Assembly: GCA_963772365.1 (NCBI GenBank)
Contig: CAVYXA010000004.1
Coordinates: 64,001-128,000, forward strand
DNA from: an uncultured Verrucomicrobiae bacterium
GTDB taxonomy: Bacteria > Verrucomicrobiota > Verrucomicrobiia > Chthoniobacterales > UBA10450
Length of the DNA: 64,000 bases
Direction: 5' to 3'
Within the stretch, counting starts at the first letter, position 1; each line of letters opens with the position of its first letter. A program made the translations under genes and the position numbers. Below are positions 8,034-18,592 of the stretch, piece after piece. The notes beneath the pieces are model-generated. The model was not told the DNA's origin and searched no databases. It saw only the letters and a list, made by a program, of their open reading frames with translations.

Positions 8034-8573
8034 ATGAAACGTTTCCTAGGTTCTGCGGCCATTTTTGTTTTGGTGATGCCCACAGCTTTTGCGCGCATCC
8101 AACACACGCGCGAGCAAACTGTTCTGGCTCGAGTGACGGTTTATTGGGCCCATGGAGGAGCCGGGTCCGACCGATACACGCGTCAGCACAAATGCGCTAC
8201 CGGCATTCGCCTGCGCCAGGGCCATTGCGCTGTCGATCCTCGGCGGATTCCTTATGGCAGCCAGGTCATTTTCCCCGATGGAAAATTTGTGGCCGTGGAT
8301 ACGGGAACGGCCGTAATCAATCGGAAAGCAGCACGATTATCGGGCCGGACAAAAGAGGAGCGGGGCGCGATTGTGATCGATCGATTCTTCGAGCACAAGA
8401 GCCAGGCATTGGCGTGGGAGCGAAGGCATTCGCCATTCATGGTTGTTCGGGTGATTCCACCAGGCCATCATCCCGCCCAGCAATCTGACGTCAGAGTCGC
8501 CAAAAAGACGATTCCGCGAGCTCGGCTGTTTGCAAAGAGAGAAGCCAATTTCGCGACGGGCTTGTTTCGATAA
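8034..8573 (+). CDS. Secreted 3D-domain (MltA-like/RlpA-like) protein
   Basis: Signal peptide; ARVTVYW, CAVDPRRIPYGS, VAVDTGTAV, VIDRFF contain the three Asp residues. Confidence 0.8.
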   Translation: MKRFLGSAAIFVLVMPTAFARIQHTREQTVLARVTVYWAHGGAGSDRYTRQHKCATGIRLRQGHCAVDPRRIPYGSQVIFPDGKFVAVDTGTAVINRKAARLSGRTKEERGAIVIDRFFEHKSQALAWERRHSPFMVVRVIPPGHHPAQQSDVRVAKKTIPRARLFAKREANFATGLFR

Positions 8574-8612
8574 ATCTTGGCGGCAGGGGCCAGACTGGAT
8601 TGACTCAATGAA

Positions 8613-9089
8613 ATGGCCCGGCCTCATCACGTCTCTTCTCGGGAGATTGAGCGGAAATTCCTGATCAAGCGCTTGCCGCTGCAAATTCTTCGGTCGCGTC
8701 ATTTCCAACTGGCCCAAGGGTATCTGGCCAATGAACAGGGCGGGCGTCATGTGCGCTTGCGGAAAAAAGGCGGGACGATGTCGCTCACATTCAAGGTCGG
8801 CCGAGGTGCAGCCCGAGAGGAGCGCGAGATTCGACTGAGCCCGAAGCAATTTGCGACCTTATGGCCCGCCACACGTGGGCGGCGTCTGCGCAAAACGCGC
8901 TACGAAGTGCCGTGGAAAAATCTCGTGATCGAGATCGACATGTATCACGGATCTAATGACGGCCTCGTGGTGGCTGAAGTAGAGTTTCCCAGCCATGCCA
9001 GCTGCCGCAAATTCAAACCGCCACGCTGGTTTGGGCGAGAAATCACCGGCGAGAAACGCTACAGCAATGTGAGGCTCGCCACTGAATAA
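8613..9089 (+). CDS. CYTH domain (triphosphate tunnel) protein
   Basis: EIERKFL, QGYL, VRLRK, REEREI, KTRY, EIDMY, VAEVEF, EITGEKRYSN. Confidence 0.93.
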   Translation: MARPHHVSSREIERKFLIKRLPLQILRSRHFQLAQGYLANEQGGRHVRLRKKGGTMSLTFKVGRGAAREEREIRLSPKQFATLWPATRGRRLRKTRYEVPWKNLVIEIDMYHGSNDGLVVAEVEFPSHASCRKFKPPRWFGREITGEKRYSNVRLATE

Positions 9090-9107
9090 ATCATCTTTCC
9101 GCGAGCG

Positions 9108-10025
9108 ATGAGCTACCGATTGAAATCGGACGAAAGACCTTCCGAAGGCCTGAAGCGAATCTTCCGGCAGGAAATCGAGGCCGCGATCGAATTATGTCGT
9201 CATCCTGCCGAGGAACGCGGCGTGACCGTTCACGAAGTTCGCAAGCACCTCAAGAAACTTCGGGCTGCGCTCCGGCTTGCTGCGGACGAAGTGGGGAAAG
9301 ATCGACATACTCGCGAGGACCGCAACCTGCGCGACATCGGGAAACTCGTCTCAGACCTACGCGACGCGCAGGTCCGCCTGCAAACATTCGATCAACTTCG
9401 GGACGTGATGATAAAACGCACCGGCTGCAACCCCTTTCCCACTATCGAACAATTACTGTCGATGGAACGCGATAGTTTCTCGGCGGCATTCGCTGGCTGG
9501 CAGAAGCAAGCGATCCCAAAGCTGGAAGAGGTGAGAGATCGTCTTTCGAAATGGCCCACGGAAGGAATCAACTGGAAACAGATTTGCGCCGCTGTGGCCA
9601 AGACCTACAAGCGTGGCCAGCGTCGGCTGCAAAAGGCGATTAAAAACCCGGAGCCGGAAAATTTACATGCGTGGCGTCAACGGATGAAGGATCTGTGGTA
9701 TCAACTGCGGATTGTGCAGCCCCTGAACCGGCTGGTGCTGGAGGAGATTGCCATAGATGCAAAGACGTTAGGCGAATTGCTTGGGCGTGGCCACGATTAC
9801 ACGTTTCTGCTTCTGCGGCTGAAGAATGAACGCGGCGATGAAGCATTAGACGCTGAACTCGATCAATTGGAAAGGCTGATTCAGAAACGAAGCGCGAAAC
9901 TAAATCTGGACGCACTGGAACTGGGTCGCCGCTTTTATGCCGAACCAGCCAAGGCTTTCGCCAAGCGCATCTCGATCTTCATTGGGAAGAAGAAGAGCCG
10001 CCATAGAAGACGACTGCCGCGCTGA
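9108..10025 (+). CDS. CHAD domain (polyphosphate-binding) protein
   Basis: VHEVRKHLKKLRAALRL, RDAQV, LHAWRQRMKDLWYQL, LGELLGRGHD; follows CYTH. Confidence 0.9.
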   Translation: MSYRLKSDERPSEGLKRIFRQEIEAAIELCRHPAEERGVTVHEVRKHLKKLRAALRLAADEVGKDRHTREDRNLRDIGKLVSDLRDAQVRLQTFDQLRDVMIKRTGCNPFPTIEQLLSMERDSFSAAFAGWQKQAIPKLEEVRDRLSKWPTEGINWKQICAAVAKTYKRGQRRLQKAIKNPEPENLHAWRQRMKDLWYQLRIVQPLNRLVLEEIAIDAKTLGELLGRGHDYTFLLLRLKNERGDEALDAELDQLERLIQKRSAKLNLDALELGRRFYAEPAKAFAKRISIFIGKKKSRHRRRLPR

Positions 10026-10086
10026 GACAATGCGGCTGCCCACCAGCGAGTGCGTGCGGTCGCCAGATTCGAAACTGCTCTCGCTT

Positions 10087-12075
10087 TTAAGGCAGGTTTT
10101 GTTTGATTATCGTGACGTCGCTCGAGTTAATGCCGCCGCTGACATTTACATCTGAACGGAAATTAGACGGGGTGACCGTCTGACCAATTTGGCCCTTCGT
10201 TTGGGCGATATCAGCTGAACTGACATTGCCGCTGGCATTGGTATCGCCGGTGATTCTTGTCATTGGAATAATTACATCCGTCGCAGGCCTATCCGCTGCG
10301 GCGTTTACTCCATTTAGTCGGACGTTGATCGTTTGGTCGTCGGCAACATTGGTCAGAGGGATGGTCACGACCGTACCACTCACGCCGACCGTTCCGCCGT
10401 TGCAGGCGCCCCCACTTCCGACACAGCCTGCACCTGATATCACTTCGGCTTGAGGCGAGCCAGTTACCGTTACATTGCCGGAGAAGGTGACCACCATTGT
10501 GTAATCGTTAGTGGCGCCTCCGGTCCGACACTCGATGCCCGGCGTGCCGGTAAGCGGTAGATTGACATCAAAAGTGCCCGCCGCGCCGTGCATCTTTCGA
10601 GACACGGCGCTAGTCACCGTGGGTGCCCCTCCTGAGAAGACGAGCGTGTCGGTGTAAAGATCAAAGGCGTGCAATGTCCCGTTCGCGTTCGTGCCGTCGC
10701 AGTTCGCGTTGTCCGCCCACACCGTGAACAACTTGCCCGCATGCGCGGATTGACCCACATAGTCACCATAATCGACTCCATTTGCCGCCGCGGCCGCATT
10801 CGAGAAACCGCCGCTCAGCCTGACATTCGCCGCCCAAGTTGCACCGCCATCAGTGCTGTAGGTGCCGTAGTATTCCGCATCGTCGTTAGGGGTATTATTT
10901 GTGCCGCCTGAACCGGGCACGCCGTTGTCATTGCGACAATCGTGGAATCCTACCGCGACGTGACCATTTGTCCGATCGAGTGTGATGTAGGGCAGGAACT
11001 GGCTTCGAATAGGCCCTATTGGGTCATCATTCACGCGCACCGGAGCTGTCCATGTCGCGCCATCGTCGGTCGAGGTCCGCAGGTAAATCTCGGTATCGTT
11101 ATTCTCGTTGACCGTTTCCTCTGTGTAGACCAGGTAGATGCGGTCGTTGAATGGCCCTCCGGTTGCATCCCATACTAGCCCGGCCTCAGAATCGATCGAG
11201 CGCCCGTTCTGGGCCGGGATGAAATCGAAGCCGCCGACATTGGTCGTCGTTACTGTTATTCGTGCGCCGAAGCCGCCGGCTCCCAAACCGTCCGCATCCA
11301 CATTTGCGTAAATTGTTGCCGGCCCCTGCCCACCAGTCGGGTTTTGATACGCCACGATGACTTTGCCGCCGTTTAGGCCGGGGCCAACAGCGATTCCTCC
11401 GAAGCTGCCGGTCGCTGACGGGATGGACTGTTGCGGGTTGAAAGGTCCAAAAACACCAAGACCGGCCACCGGCGCGCCGCGCGCGACCATACTTCCGTTC
11501 TGATTCCAATCGACCCACACGCTGCCATTGCCCACAGCGATCGAAGGCTGATCGATGCTGCCTGTCCCAACGGTTAGCGGTGCGCTGAATGTTGCGCCGC
11601 CGTCGGTGCTCAGGATAACATTGATTTGGTTGACGCTGTTGTTGATGTAGACCAGGAACAGGTTGCCGAACGTGTCCCACGCCGCCTGCGCGTCACAACA
11701 CGCGACGTTGGTGGCTACCGTGCCGCGCGTCCAAGTCGCACCGCCATCTATTGAATACCCGCGGAAAATGCTGTTAGCGCTGGCCAGGTTGGAGAACGCG
11801 ACCAGGTTATTTGTGTTGGTCGGGTTAACGACAACGAAACTCTCAGCCTCGTTGCCGGACCGCATGCTGACGTTTACCACCGGCTCCAGGCAAGTCAGCG
11901 GCTCAAATAAATTGGTGAGTATCGGGAAACGGTTCTCAGGCTTTATGCATTTGCGTGTACCGTCGGGCACATTCCTGGTGTCCTTCGGCACCAGCAGTTG
12001 GGCCTGCAAAGTAGAGGTGAGAGCGGGAAGGAATGCGCAAACGGTGGCAAACGCAACGAGGCGAGATTTTTTCAT
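10087..12075 (-). CDS. Secreted BNR/Asp-box (sialidase-fold) protein with SAVSRKxHG module and dockerin-like tail
   Basis: Signal peptide; four Asp-boxes (SIDGGATW, STDGGATF, STDDGATW, STDGGATW); YGDY; GDTNASGNVSSAD / SDVNVSGGINSSD. Confidence 0.8.
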   Translation of the reverse strand: MKKSRLVAFATVCAFLPALTSTLQAQLLVPKDTRNVPDGTRKCIKPENRFPILTNLFEPLTCLEPVVNVSMRSGNEAESFVVVNPTNTNNLVAFSNLASANSIFRGYSIDGGATWTRGTVATNVACCDAQAAWDTFGNLFLVYINNSVNQINVILSTDGGATFSAPLTVGTGSIDQPSIAVGNGSVWVDWNQNGSMVARGAPVAGLGVFGPFNPQQSIPSATGSFGGIAVGPGLNGGKVIVAYQNPTGGQGPATIYANVDADGLGAGGFGARITVTTTNVGGFDFIPAQNGRSIDSEAGLVWDATGGPFNDRIYLVYTEETVNENNDTEIYLRTSTDDGATWTAPVRVNDDPIGPIRSQFLPYITLDRTNGHVAVGFHDCRNDNGVPGSGGTNNTPNDDAEYYGTYSTDGGATWAANVRLSGGFSNAAAAANGVDYGDYVGQSAHAGKLFTVWADNANCDGTNANGTLHAFDLYTDTLVFSGGAPTVTSAVSRKMHGAAGTFDVNLPLTGTPGIECRTGGATNDYTMVVTFSGNVTVTGSPQAEVISGAGCVGSGGACNGGTVGVSGTVVTIPLTNVADDQTINVRLNGVNAAADRPATDVIIPMTRITGDTNASGNVSSADIAQTKGQIGQTVTPSNFRSDVNVSGGINSSDVTIIKQNLP

Positions 12076-12228
12076 ATGTCGTGGACTGGTAGTAAGATTG
12101 GCCACGAGTATTGAATCATTTTAAAAAAAAAGTCGAGTCTATTTCAGCTGTGGAACGGGGGGATCGAATCGGCCCGCCATCCTGCGATTGACAGCAATTT
12201 GAAAAAGCGAATCGTGATTCTGTTCCAT

Positions 12229-12642
12229 ATGAATCTGTTCCGCAGCATCATAATCTATGTCCTCGGAATCGGCTTATCGGGTGGTATGTCCGCAGCGCGG
12301 GCACAAGTGAATAGTGCGGAACAAACACCGCACTTTGCGATCACTCCCTCAAAAGTTGATGCCGCTTCGCTGCAGAAAAAAGCTGCTCAAGCCCAGGTCC
12401 GGATTAACGCCAACAGCGACGACCGCGATCAATTGAGGAGGGCGGTTAAGGTTAACGAGCCTGGCCTGGCTAAGGAAGTTCTCATCAGAAACGGATTCAC
12501 TGCTGAAGATCTGGAAAATGCGAAGATTATTTTACGAACGGGCGGAGGAAAAGATTCCGAGGACAAAATCGAGATCTCTGCCACGTGTTGTGAACCTAAG
12601 GAAATCGTAATTCAACGATCGCTGCCTTACTTCACCAAGTAA
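12229..12642 (+). CDS. Hypothetical exported protein
   Basis: Signal-peptide-like N-terminus ending AARA-Q. TTGACA at 12188. No family recognised. Confidence 0.6.
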   Translation: MNLFRSIIIYVLGIGLSGGMSAARAQVNSAEQTPHFAITPSKVDAASLQKKAAQAQVRINANSDDRDQLRRAVKVNEPGLAKEVLIRNGFTAEDLENAKIILRTGGGKDSEDKIEISATCCEPKEIVIQRSLPYFTK

Positions 12643-12696
12643 TTCTAACAGGAAGATCGGAAATTAGGACGCACTGCAGCGAAACAAAGCTACACA

Positions 12697-12719
12697 GGAA
12701 GCTGTCAGCTTCCCCTACA
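12697..12719. repeat. REP-like arm supplying the last codons and stop of sixA
   Basis: ggaagctgtcagcttcccctaca is the same family as 3152-3217 and reads CRGS* on the minus strand. Confidence 0.75.
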
Positions 12720-13172
12720 CGCGATCCGGGGCGGGAAAAGCCAGAGCAATCGCCCCGCGAGCGAGGAAAGATCGACATCGATCAGAGCGACACCGCCTTT
12801 CGAAAGTTTGAGCGACGCTCCGGTCAGTGCTGCGATCGCGCCTGTAAAATCCGGCTCGTGACCAACGAGCATTGGGTCTTCGTCGGCATATTTTTCCAGC
12901 AGCTCTTCCAACTCTCGTTTCCCAAACCCCGGCGCGAGTAATTTTTCTTCCCGACACTTTGCCTTTAGACATTTTGCGGCAATCTCCGCAGTCTGCGCCG
13001 CTCTTGGCAGAGGGCTGGTCAGGATAATAGATGGCTTGGCTTTAACCCGGCGAAGGAACTTGCCAATTTCGCTCATTTCCTTTTTGCCGGCCTTCGTGAG
13101 GGGCCGCTCGTCGTCCGGTTTTTTCCAATTCGGCCAGTCGGCCTGACCATGTCTGAGAAAGTAAAGCCGCAT
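12705..13172 (-). CDS. sixA: Phosphohistidine phosphatase SixA
   Basis: LYFLRHG, RPLT, TSPLPRAAQTA, LVGHEP. Confidence 0.9.
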   Translation of the reverse strand: MRLYFLRHGQADWPNWKKPDDERPLTKAGKKEMSEIGKFLRRVKAKPSIILTSPLPRAAQTAEIAAKCLKAKCREEKLLAPGFGKRELEELLEKYADEDPMLVGHEPDFTGAIAALTGASLKLSKGGVALIDVDLSSLAGRLLWLFPPRIACRGS

Positions 13173-13240
13173 TGTCGATGTTAATTCTTCCTCTTACTCA
13201 TCGTCGGCTGCGGCGCGCCTGGCTGCCGCGCCCTACCAAA

Positions 13241-13930
13241 TCACATGATTCGCCATTTCGGGCGGCCTGTCTTCGAGTCAATTTGCCACATTCGTTCTCC
13301 GCCTAAAAACGCATTACGATTATGGCCGCGTTCGATTCCTTCCGGCAGATCGTCAAATTTCTTCACGTTTCCGCCGCCTAACACAACGTAATCGGCGATT
13401 AATGATTTCTTTAAATGCTCGACCGCATTCACGACCTCGCGTCGCCATTTTTTTTCGCCCAGCTCGATCATTCCCGATTTGCCCAGGAAATCTTCGATGG
13501 CTCGTCCATCGCGGTACGGAAGGTCGCCCAATTCCAGCTGCAGGACGGCATTGCTCCAGACCAGAGCCGATCCGAGGCCGGTGCCAAGCCCGAGAAAAAG
13601 CATTCGTCCGCCGTGATAACTGCCCAGCGCCTGGAGAGAAGCGTCATTGATAAGGCGAACCGGTTTGCCGAATGCTTTCTCAAAGTTAAAGCCAATCCAG
13701 CCGCTGCCGAGATGTTTGGGTTCGCTCATGATTTCCCCATTGAGAACGGGAGCCGGGAATCCAATTGAGATCGCATCGAACTTCCAATCGCTTACGAGCG
13801 GTTTCGTCTCGGCCACCAGCCGGCGCGGCGTCAGGTCAGGACCCGATTTAAATTTTCGCTTTTCCGCCCGCGAGATCATCAGCTTCACGTGGTTGCCGCC
13901 GATGTCGACGACCAGCACAGCCTTTTTCAT
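13241..13930 (-). CDS. ROK family sugar kinase, polyphosphate glucokinase-like
   Basis: VDIGGNHVK, IGFPAPV, INDASLQALG, LGLGTGLGS, VLGGGN; directly downstream of ppk1. Confidence 0.8.
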   Translation of the reverse strand: MKKAVLVVDIGGNHVKLMISRAEKRKFKSGPDLTPRRLVAETKPLVSDWKFDAISIGFPAPVLNGEIMSEPKHLGSGWIGFNFEKAFGKPVRLINDASLQALGSYHGGRMLFLGLGTGLGSALVWSNAVLQLELGDLPYRDGRAIEDFLGKSGMIELGEKKWRREVVNAVEHLKKSLIADYVVLGGGNVKKFDDLPEGIERGHNRNAFLGGERMWQIDSKTGRPKWRIM

Positions 13931-16134
13931 GGTTGCTGTTTCAAATCTGCGGCTGTGATCGGGATAAGCTTCGAGACATTGGGACGTTTTGGCGGCGGCC
14001 GAAGTTTTTTCATGCGGCGACGAGATCGTTCCCGAAAATGAAGCTGTGCCTGGGATCGCGGCTCCTGTCCTTCAGGTCTTAGCCGGCGGTAGCTACCATC
14101 AGGTTGAAGCTCCCTTGATTTGACGCGGTCATGCAGAAAATTCGGGAGGATCTCGTTGATGATGTGAGCCCGAAGCGGTAGCGATTCGATTGGAAATGTA
14201 ATCTCAATCCGCCGCAGAAAATTGCGCGGCATCCAATCGGCGCTGGCCAGGAACAGATCCGGTTCTCCACCGTTTGCAAAGTAGTAGATCCGACTATGCT
14301 CGAGGAATCTGCCGACGATGCTGATGACGCGGATGTTTTCGCTCAAGCGCGGAATCTTCGGCCGCAAACAGCAAATGCCGCGCACGATCAAATCGATGGT
14401 CACGTCGGCGCAGGAGGCCTCATAGAGCTTTTCGATGACGTCCTGATCGACTAACGAATTAAGCTTGGCCACGATTCGAGCGGGTTTGCCCGCTCGGGCA
14501 TGATCGCGCTCGCGTTCGATCAATCCGATGAGGCGCTGCTTCAAATCGAAGGGCGCGACCATCAGTTTTTTGAGACCAGGATAGCCGGCCAGGCCGGTCA
14601 GCGTGTTGAAGACGATGGCGACTTCATCGGTCAGCTCTGGCTCGCTCGTAAGCAGGCTGAAATCGGTGTAAATGCGCGCGGTCCGCGGATGATAATTTCC
14701 CGTACCGAGATGGACATAATTGCGGAGCCTGTCGGCATCCCGGCGCACTACCAAAAGGGCTTTACAATGGGTCTTTAATCCGACCACGCCATAAATGACG
14801 TGCGCGCCGGCTTCTTCCAGCCGTCGCGCCCATTGAATGTTGACCGCTTCATCGAACCGTGCGCGCAATTCCACAATCGCTGTCACTTGTTTCCCGGCAT
14901 TGGCGGCATGGATTAGAGCTTCGACAATCGGCGAATCGCCACTAGTGCGATAAAGGGTGATCTTAATCGCAAGCACCTGCGGATCGTTTGCGGCCGCCTC
15001 GATGAATTCAACAACGGGATCGAAGCTGTCATAGGGATGATGGAGCAGAACATCCTGGCGTCGCAGCACCTCAAAAAAATCCGCGTGCTTAGGCAATGCT
15101 GGATCGCGAGCCGGCTGAAATGGGCGATCTTTCAAATTGCCAAAGGCGTCATTCGTGACCAATGGCATCAGGTGCGTCATCGATAATGGTCCGTCCAGCT
15201 TGTAGGCGTCGGCTTCGCTGAGGTCGAAAAATTCCAGAAGCAAACCAAGAAAATCCTTTGGGCAATCAGCCTCGACTTCCAATCGCACCGCATCCCCCCG
15301 ACTGGAGCGTCGCAACTCCTGTTCAATGGTGCGAAGAAGATTTTCCGCCTCTTCATCGTCGATGTAGAGATCGCTGTTACGCGTGACCCGAAAGGCATGG
15401 ACATCATCGAGAATCAAACCCGGGAAAAGCTCCGCGATATGATGTTTGATGAGTGAGGCGAGATAAATGTAGTCCCACGGCTCATTTTCCGATTTGCCGC
15501 GAGGCATCAGAATCAGCCGCGGCAAGACTCGTGGCACCTGAACAATAGCATGGAGCGGTTCTCCCTGCCGTTTTGTCCGCGCCCGGACTAGCAAGTTGTG
15601 GCTTTTGTTCAGAAGCTGCGGAAACGGATGACTGGCATCTACGGCCAGTGGCGTCAGCATGGGAAAAACTTCCTGCTGAAAATATCGAAGCGCCCAGGCC
15701 GCGCGTTTGGCGGACAACTCAGACATCTCTCGCACCCGAATTCCATTCCTAGTGAGCGCGGGAAGCAGTTCATTTTTCCAGAGCGCGTATTGCGTCCCGA
15801 CCAGCTTGCGCACCATTTTCTCTATGCGGTTAAACGTCTCTGTTGGGCTGAGTCCGTCCGGGCCAATCTTGCTCGTTTCGCTTTCGATTTGCTGTTTGAT
15901 TCCGGCGACGCGGATCTCAAAAAACTCGTCGAGATTTGAGCTGAAGATGGTGAGAAACTTTACCCGCTCGACCAGCGGCTGGTTGGCATCCTGCGCCTCT
16001 TCAAGAACGCGACGGTTGAACTCGAGCCAGCTTAGCTCCCGATTAATGAAATTTTCCGGCGCGGAAAAAGATGGAGTGGTGACCGGAAGAACTACCGGTT
16101 CTTCGGTACTCGCTTTGGCGATCGCTGGCTCCAC
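13927..16134 (-). CDS. ppk1: Polyphosphate kinase 1
   Basis: NRELSWLEFNRRVL, SSNLDEFF, LHHPYDSF, ELRARFDE, KTHCK, GTGNYH, GRFLEHSRI, SADWMPRN. Confidence 0.98.
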   Translation of the reverse strand: MEPAIAKASTEEPVVLPVTTPSFSAPENFINRELSWLEFNRRVLEEAQDANQPLVERVKFLTIFSSNLDEFFEIRVAGIKQQIESETSKIGPDGLSPTETFNRIEKMVRKLVGTQYALWKNELLPALTRNGIRVREMSELSAKRAAWALRYFQQEVFPMLTPLAVDASHPFPQLLNKSHNLLVRARTKRQGEPLHAIVQVPRVLPRLILMPRGKSENEPWDYIYLASLIKHHIAELFPGLILDDVHAFRVTRNSDLYIDDEEAENLLRTIEQELRRSSRGDAVRLEVEADCPKDFLGLLLEFFDLSEADAYKLDGPLSMTHLMPLVTNDAFGNLKDRPFQPARDPALPKHADFFEVLRRQDVLLHHPYDSFDPVVEFIEAAANDPQVLAIKITLYRTSGDSPIVEALIHAANAGKQVTAIVELRARFDEAVNIQWARRLEEAGAHVIYGVVGLKTHCKALLVVRRDADRLRNYVHLGTGNYHPRTARIYTDFSLLTSEPELTDEVAIVFNTLTGLAGYPGLKKLMVAPFDLKQRLIGLIERERDHARAGKPARIVAKLNSLVDQDVIEKLYEASCADVTIDLIVRGICCLRPKIPRLSENIRVISIVGRFLEHSRIYYFANGGEPDLFLASADWMPRNFLRRIEITFPIESLPLRAHIINEILPNFLHDRVKSRELQPDGSYRRLRPEGQEPRSQAQLHFRERSRRRMKKLRPPPKRPNVSKLIPITAADLKQQP

Positions 16135-16146
16135 GTCGGCATCACC

Positions 16147-16833
16147 TCACACGGCGGCAGCGATTGATTGGTGGCGAATATCCTCGGCGGCAGCGGCGTA
16201 AACCGCATCTTCGGCGATGTTCGTGGCGTGATCGCCCACCCTCTCGAGACAGCGCGAGACGAAAATCAAATTCAAATAGCCACGAAGTTGATCGGGGTCC
16301 TGAGCCATGCGTTCGATGAGACGCTTATTCGCCTGGCGATTCATATCGTCCAAATCTTTGTCGCGCGGAATCACGCCTCGCGCAAGATCGACATCTTCGC
16401 GGGCAAACGCATCCACCGCGTCTTTGAACATCGACATCGCCTGGGCTTGAATCGGCCGGATCAATTCCGTCTCCGATAACGGCGGATGCTGGTTCAGTTT
16501 GCGCGCCCGGCGGGCGATGTTCGTTGCCTGATCGGCGACTCGCTCAATATTGGGTGAAAGTTTCATGGCGGAAACAACACGCCGCAAATCGGACGCCACC
16601 GGTTGATAGCGCAACAGAATGTCCACGCCATCCTTGTCGATCTGTTTTTCGAGTTGATCGATCTCTTCGTCATCGGCGATGGCCGCGGTGCAGAGATTAT
16701 CGTCGCACTGAAGCAATCCCTTGATGGAGCGATCGAGACAACGCTCGGCCAACCCGGCCATCATTAGCACATTGTTGCGCAATGAGCTCAATGCTTCGTC
16801 AAAAGTCCCGAGAATATGTTTTGGTGCGATCAT
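16147..16833 (-). CDS. phoU: Phosphate signalling protein PhoU
   Basis: QPVASDLR, ERVADQA, LERVGDHATNIAE. Confidence 0.97.
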   Translation of the reverse strand: MIAPKHILGTFDEALSSLRNNVLMMAGLAERCLDRSIKGLLQCDDNLCTAAIADDEEIDQLEKQIDKDGVDILLRYQPVASDLRRVVSAMKLSPNIERVADQATNIARRARKLNQHPPLSETELIRPIQAQAMSMFKDAVDAFAREDVDLARGVIPRDKDLDDMNRQANKRLIERMAQDPDQLRGYLNLIFVSRCLERVGDHATNIAEDAVYAAAAEDIRHQSIAAAV

Positions 16834-16872
16834 GAAGCCGATACATCCTGAAATCGTTAGAACCCTAAGCGA

Positions 16873-17718
16873 TTAGCCGAAGCGGCCGGTAATATAATCT
16901 TCTGTCTGCTTTTCGCTCGGGTTTGTGAAAATTTTCGTGGTCGCGCCAAATTCGATCAGCCGACCCATATAGAAAAAGGCGGTGTAATCGGAAACGCGAC
17001 CAGCTTGTTGCATGTTGTGTGTGACGATCACGATGGTGAATTGGGTCCGCAGTTCGAAAATTAATTCTTCGATCTTGGCCGTGGCGATGGGATCGAGAGC
17101 CGAGCACGGCTCGTCCATCAGAATTACTTCCGGTTCGACCGCAAGCGCGCGGGCAATGCACAGCCTTTGTTGCTGGCCACCGGAAAGACTCGTCCCCGCC
17201 TTGTGCAGATCGTCTTTCACTTCATCCCAGAGTGCAGCCATTCGAAGAGATTTCTCCAATCGCTCGTTAAGAAATTTTTTATCGCGCACACCATTCAAAC
17301 GCAGACCGACGATCACGTTCTCGCCGATGGAAAGGGTCGGAAACGGATTCGACTTTTGGAAAACCATTCCCACAAGGCGACGCACGATGGCAGGATCGAC
17401 ATCCTGGGAATAAAGATCCTCGCCATCCAAAAGCACCATTCCTTCCATCCGCGTGCGCGGGACTAGCTCGTGCATCCGATTCAAACACCGCAGGAAGGTC
17501 GATTTGCCGCAGCCGCTCGGACCGATGATCGCGGTCACCGCCTTCGAGGGAATATCGAGTGTGATATTTTCGATTGCTCGTTTTCCACCGTACCACATTG
17601 AGAGATTTTTGACCCGAAACGTCAAAGCCATTGATTCGGTTTCCAAACCCGGCTCAGCTTCATGCGCGCGCTGCTCCACCACGGTTGGATCAGGGGCTGC
17701 CATAAGTAAATTTGCCAT
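16873..17718 (-). CDS. pstB: Phosphate ABC transporter ATPase
   Basis: [48 protein letters not shown]. Confidence 0.97.
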   Translation of the reverse strand: MANLLMAAPDPTVVEQRAHEAEPGLETESMALTFRVKNLSMWYGGKRAIENITLDIPSKAVTAIIGPSGCGKSTFLRCLNRMHELVPRTRMEGMVLLDGEDLYSQDVDPAIVRRLVGMVFQKSNPFPTLSIGENVIVGLRLNGVRDKKFLNERLEKSLRMAALWDEVKDDLHKAGTSLSGGQQQRLCIARALAVEPEVILMDEPCSALDPIATAKIEELIFELRTQFTIVIVTHNMQQAGRVSDYTAFFYMGRLIEFGATTKIFTNPSEKQTEDYITGRFG

Positions 17719-17729
17719 GGTGAGAAATT

Positions 17730-18590
17730 CTAAACAACCGACACCTTGCGCTCCCGGGTGAGAATTCTCACCAACACATTAACGCAAAAAATTCCGGTGA
17801 CGAGCACAAGCGCGCCGGCCCAAGCCTGGCGGTGCCAGTCGTCATACGGCGAGATGGCGTAAGTGAAAATTTGCAACGGAAGGGCGGCGATCGGTTCATT
17901 CAAATCGTGGTTCCAAAAACGATTGCCGAACGCGGTAAAAAGAAGCGGTGCGGTTTCGCCCCCAATGCGGGCCAGCGCGAGGAGCATGCCGGTGATAATT
18001 CCTTTCGAGGCGGTCTTCATCACGATATGCACGATGGTTTTCCAGCGAGCCACTCCGAGGGCGAGGGCGGCTTCGCGGTAACCATTCGGCACGAGCAGAA
18101 TCACCTCCTCAGTTGTTCGCAGAATGAGCGGGATCATGATGAGACCAAGGGCAAGGCCGCCGGCATATGCGGAAAAGCCTTTGAAGCGTAAGACAACCAG
18201 CCCGTAAACCGCTACCCCCCAGGTGATCGACGGAACGCCGTTGAGCACGTCGGCAACGAAGCGCAGCATCGAGTTTGCGCGAGCGGTGCCGTATTCAGCC
18301 AGGTAAACTCCACCAAGCACACCGACCGGAATGCCAATCGCAGAAGCGAGCGCGAGCAATTCGAGCGACCCAAGAATTGCGTTGGCCATTCCACCTCCGG
18401 GCTCACCCACTGGCTTTGGCAAATGCGTGAAGAAATCCCAATTCACTGAGCTGGCGCCATTGGCGAGGAGATACAGAAAAACCAGCGCGAGCGGCGCGAT
18501 CACCAGTAGCGCCGAAACAAACGTGGCAGTCATAGCGAGGACATTCTTAATCTTTCGCCAAACGTGATGATCTGCTCGTGTGGTGTACAT
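17730..18590 (-). CDS. pstA: Phosphate ABC transporter permease
   Basis: [25 protein letters not shown]; position in pst operon. Confidence 0.96.
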   Translation of the reverse strand: MYTTRADHHVWRKIKNVLAMTATFVSALLVIAPLALVFLYLLANGASSVNWDFFTHLPKPVGEPGGGMANAILGSLELLALASAIGIPVGVLGGVYLAEYGTARANSMLRFVADVLNGVPSITWGVAVYGLVVLRFKGFSAYAGGLALGLIMIPLILRTTEEVILLVPNGYREAALALGVARWKTIVHIVMKTASKGIITGMLLALARIGGETAPLLFTAFGNRFWNHDLNEPIAALPLQIFTYAISPYDDWHRQAWAGALVLVTGIFCVNVLVRILTRERKVSVV

Positions 18591-18592
18591 CG

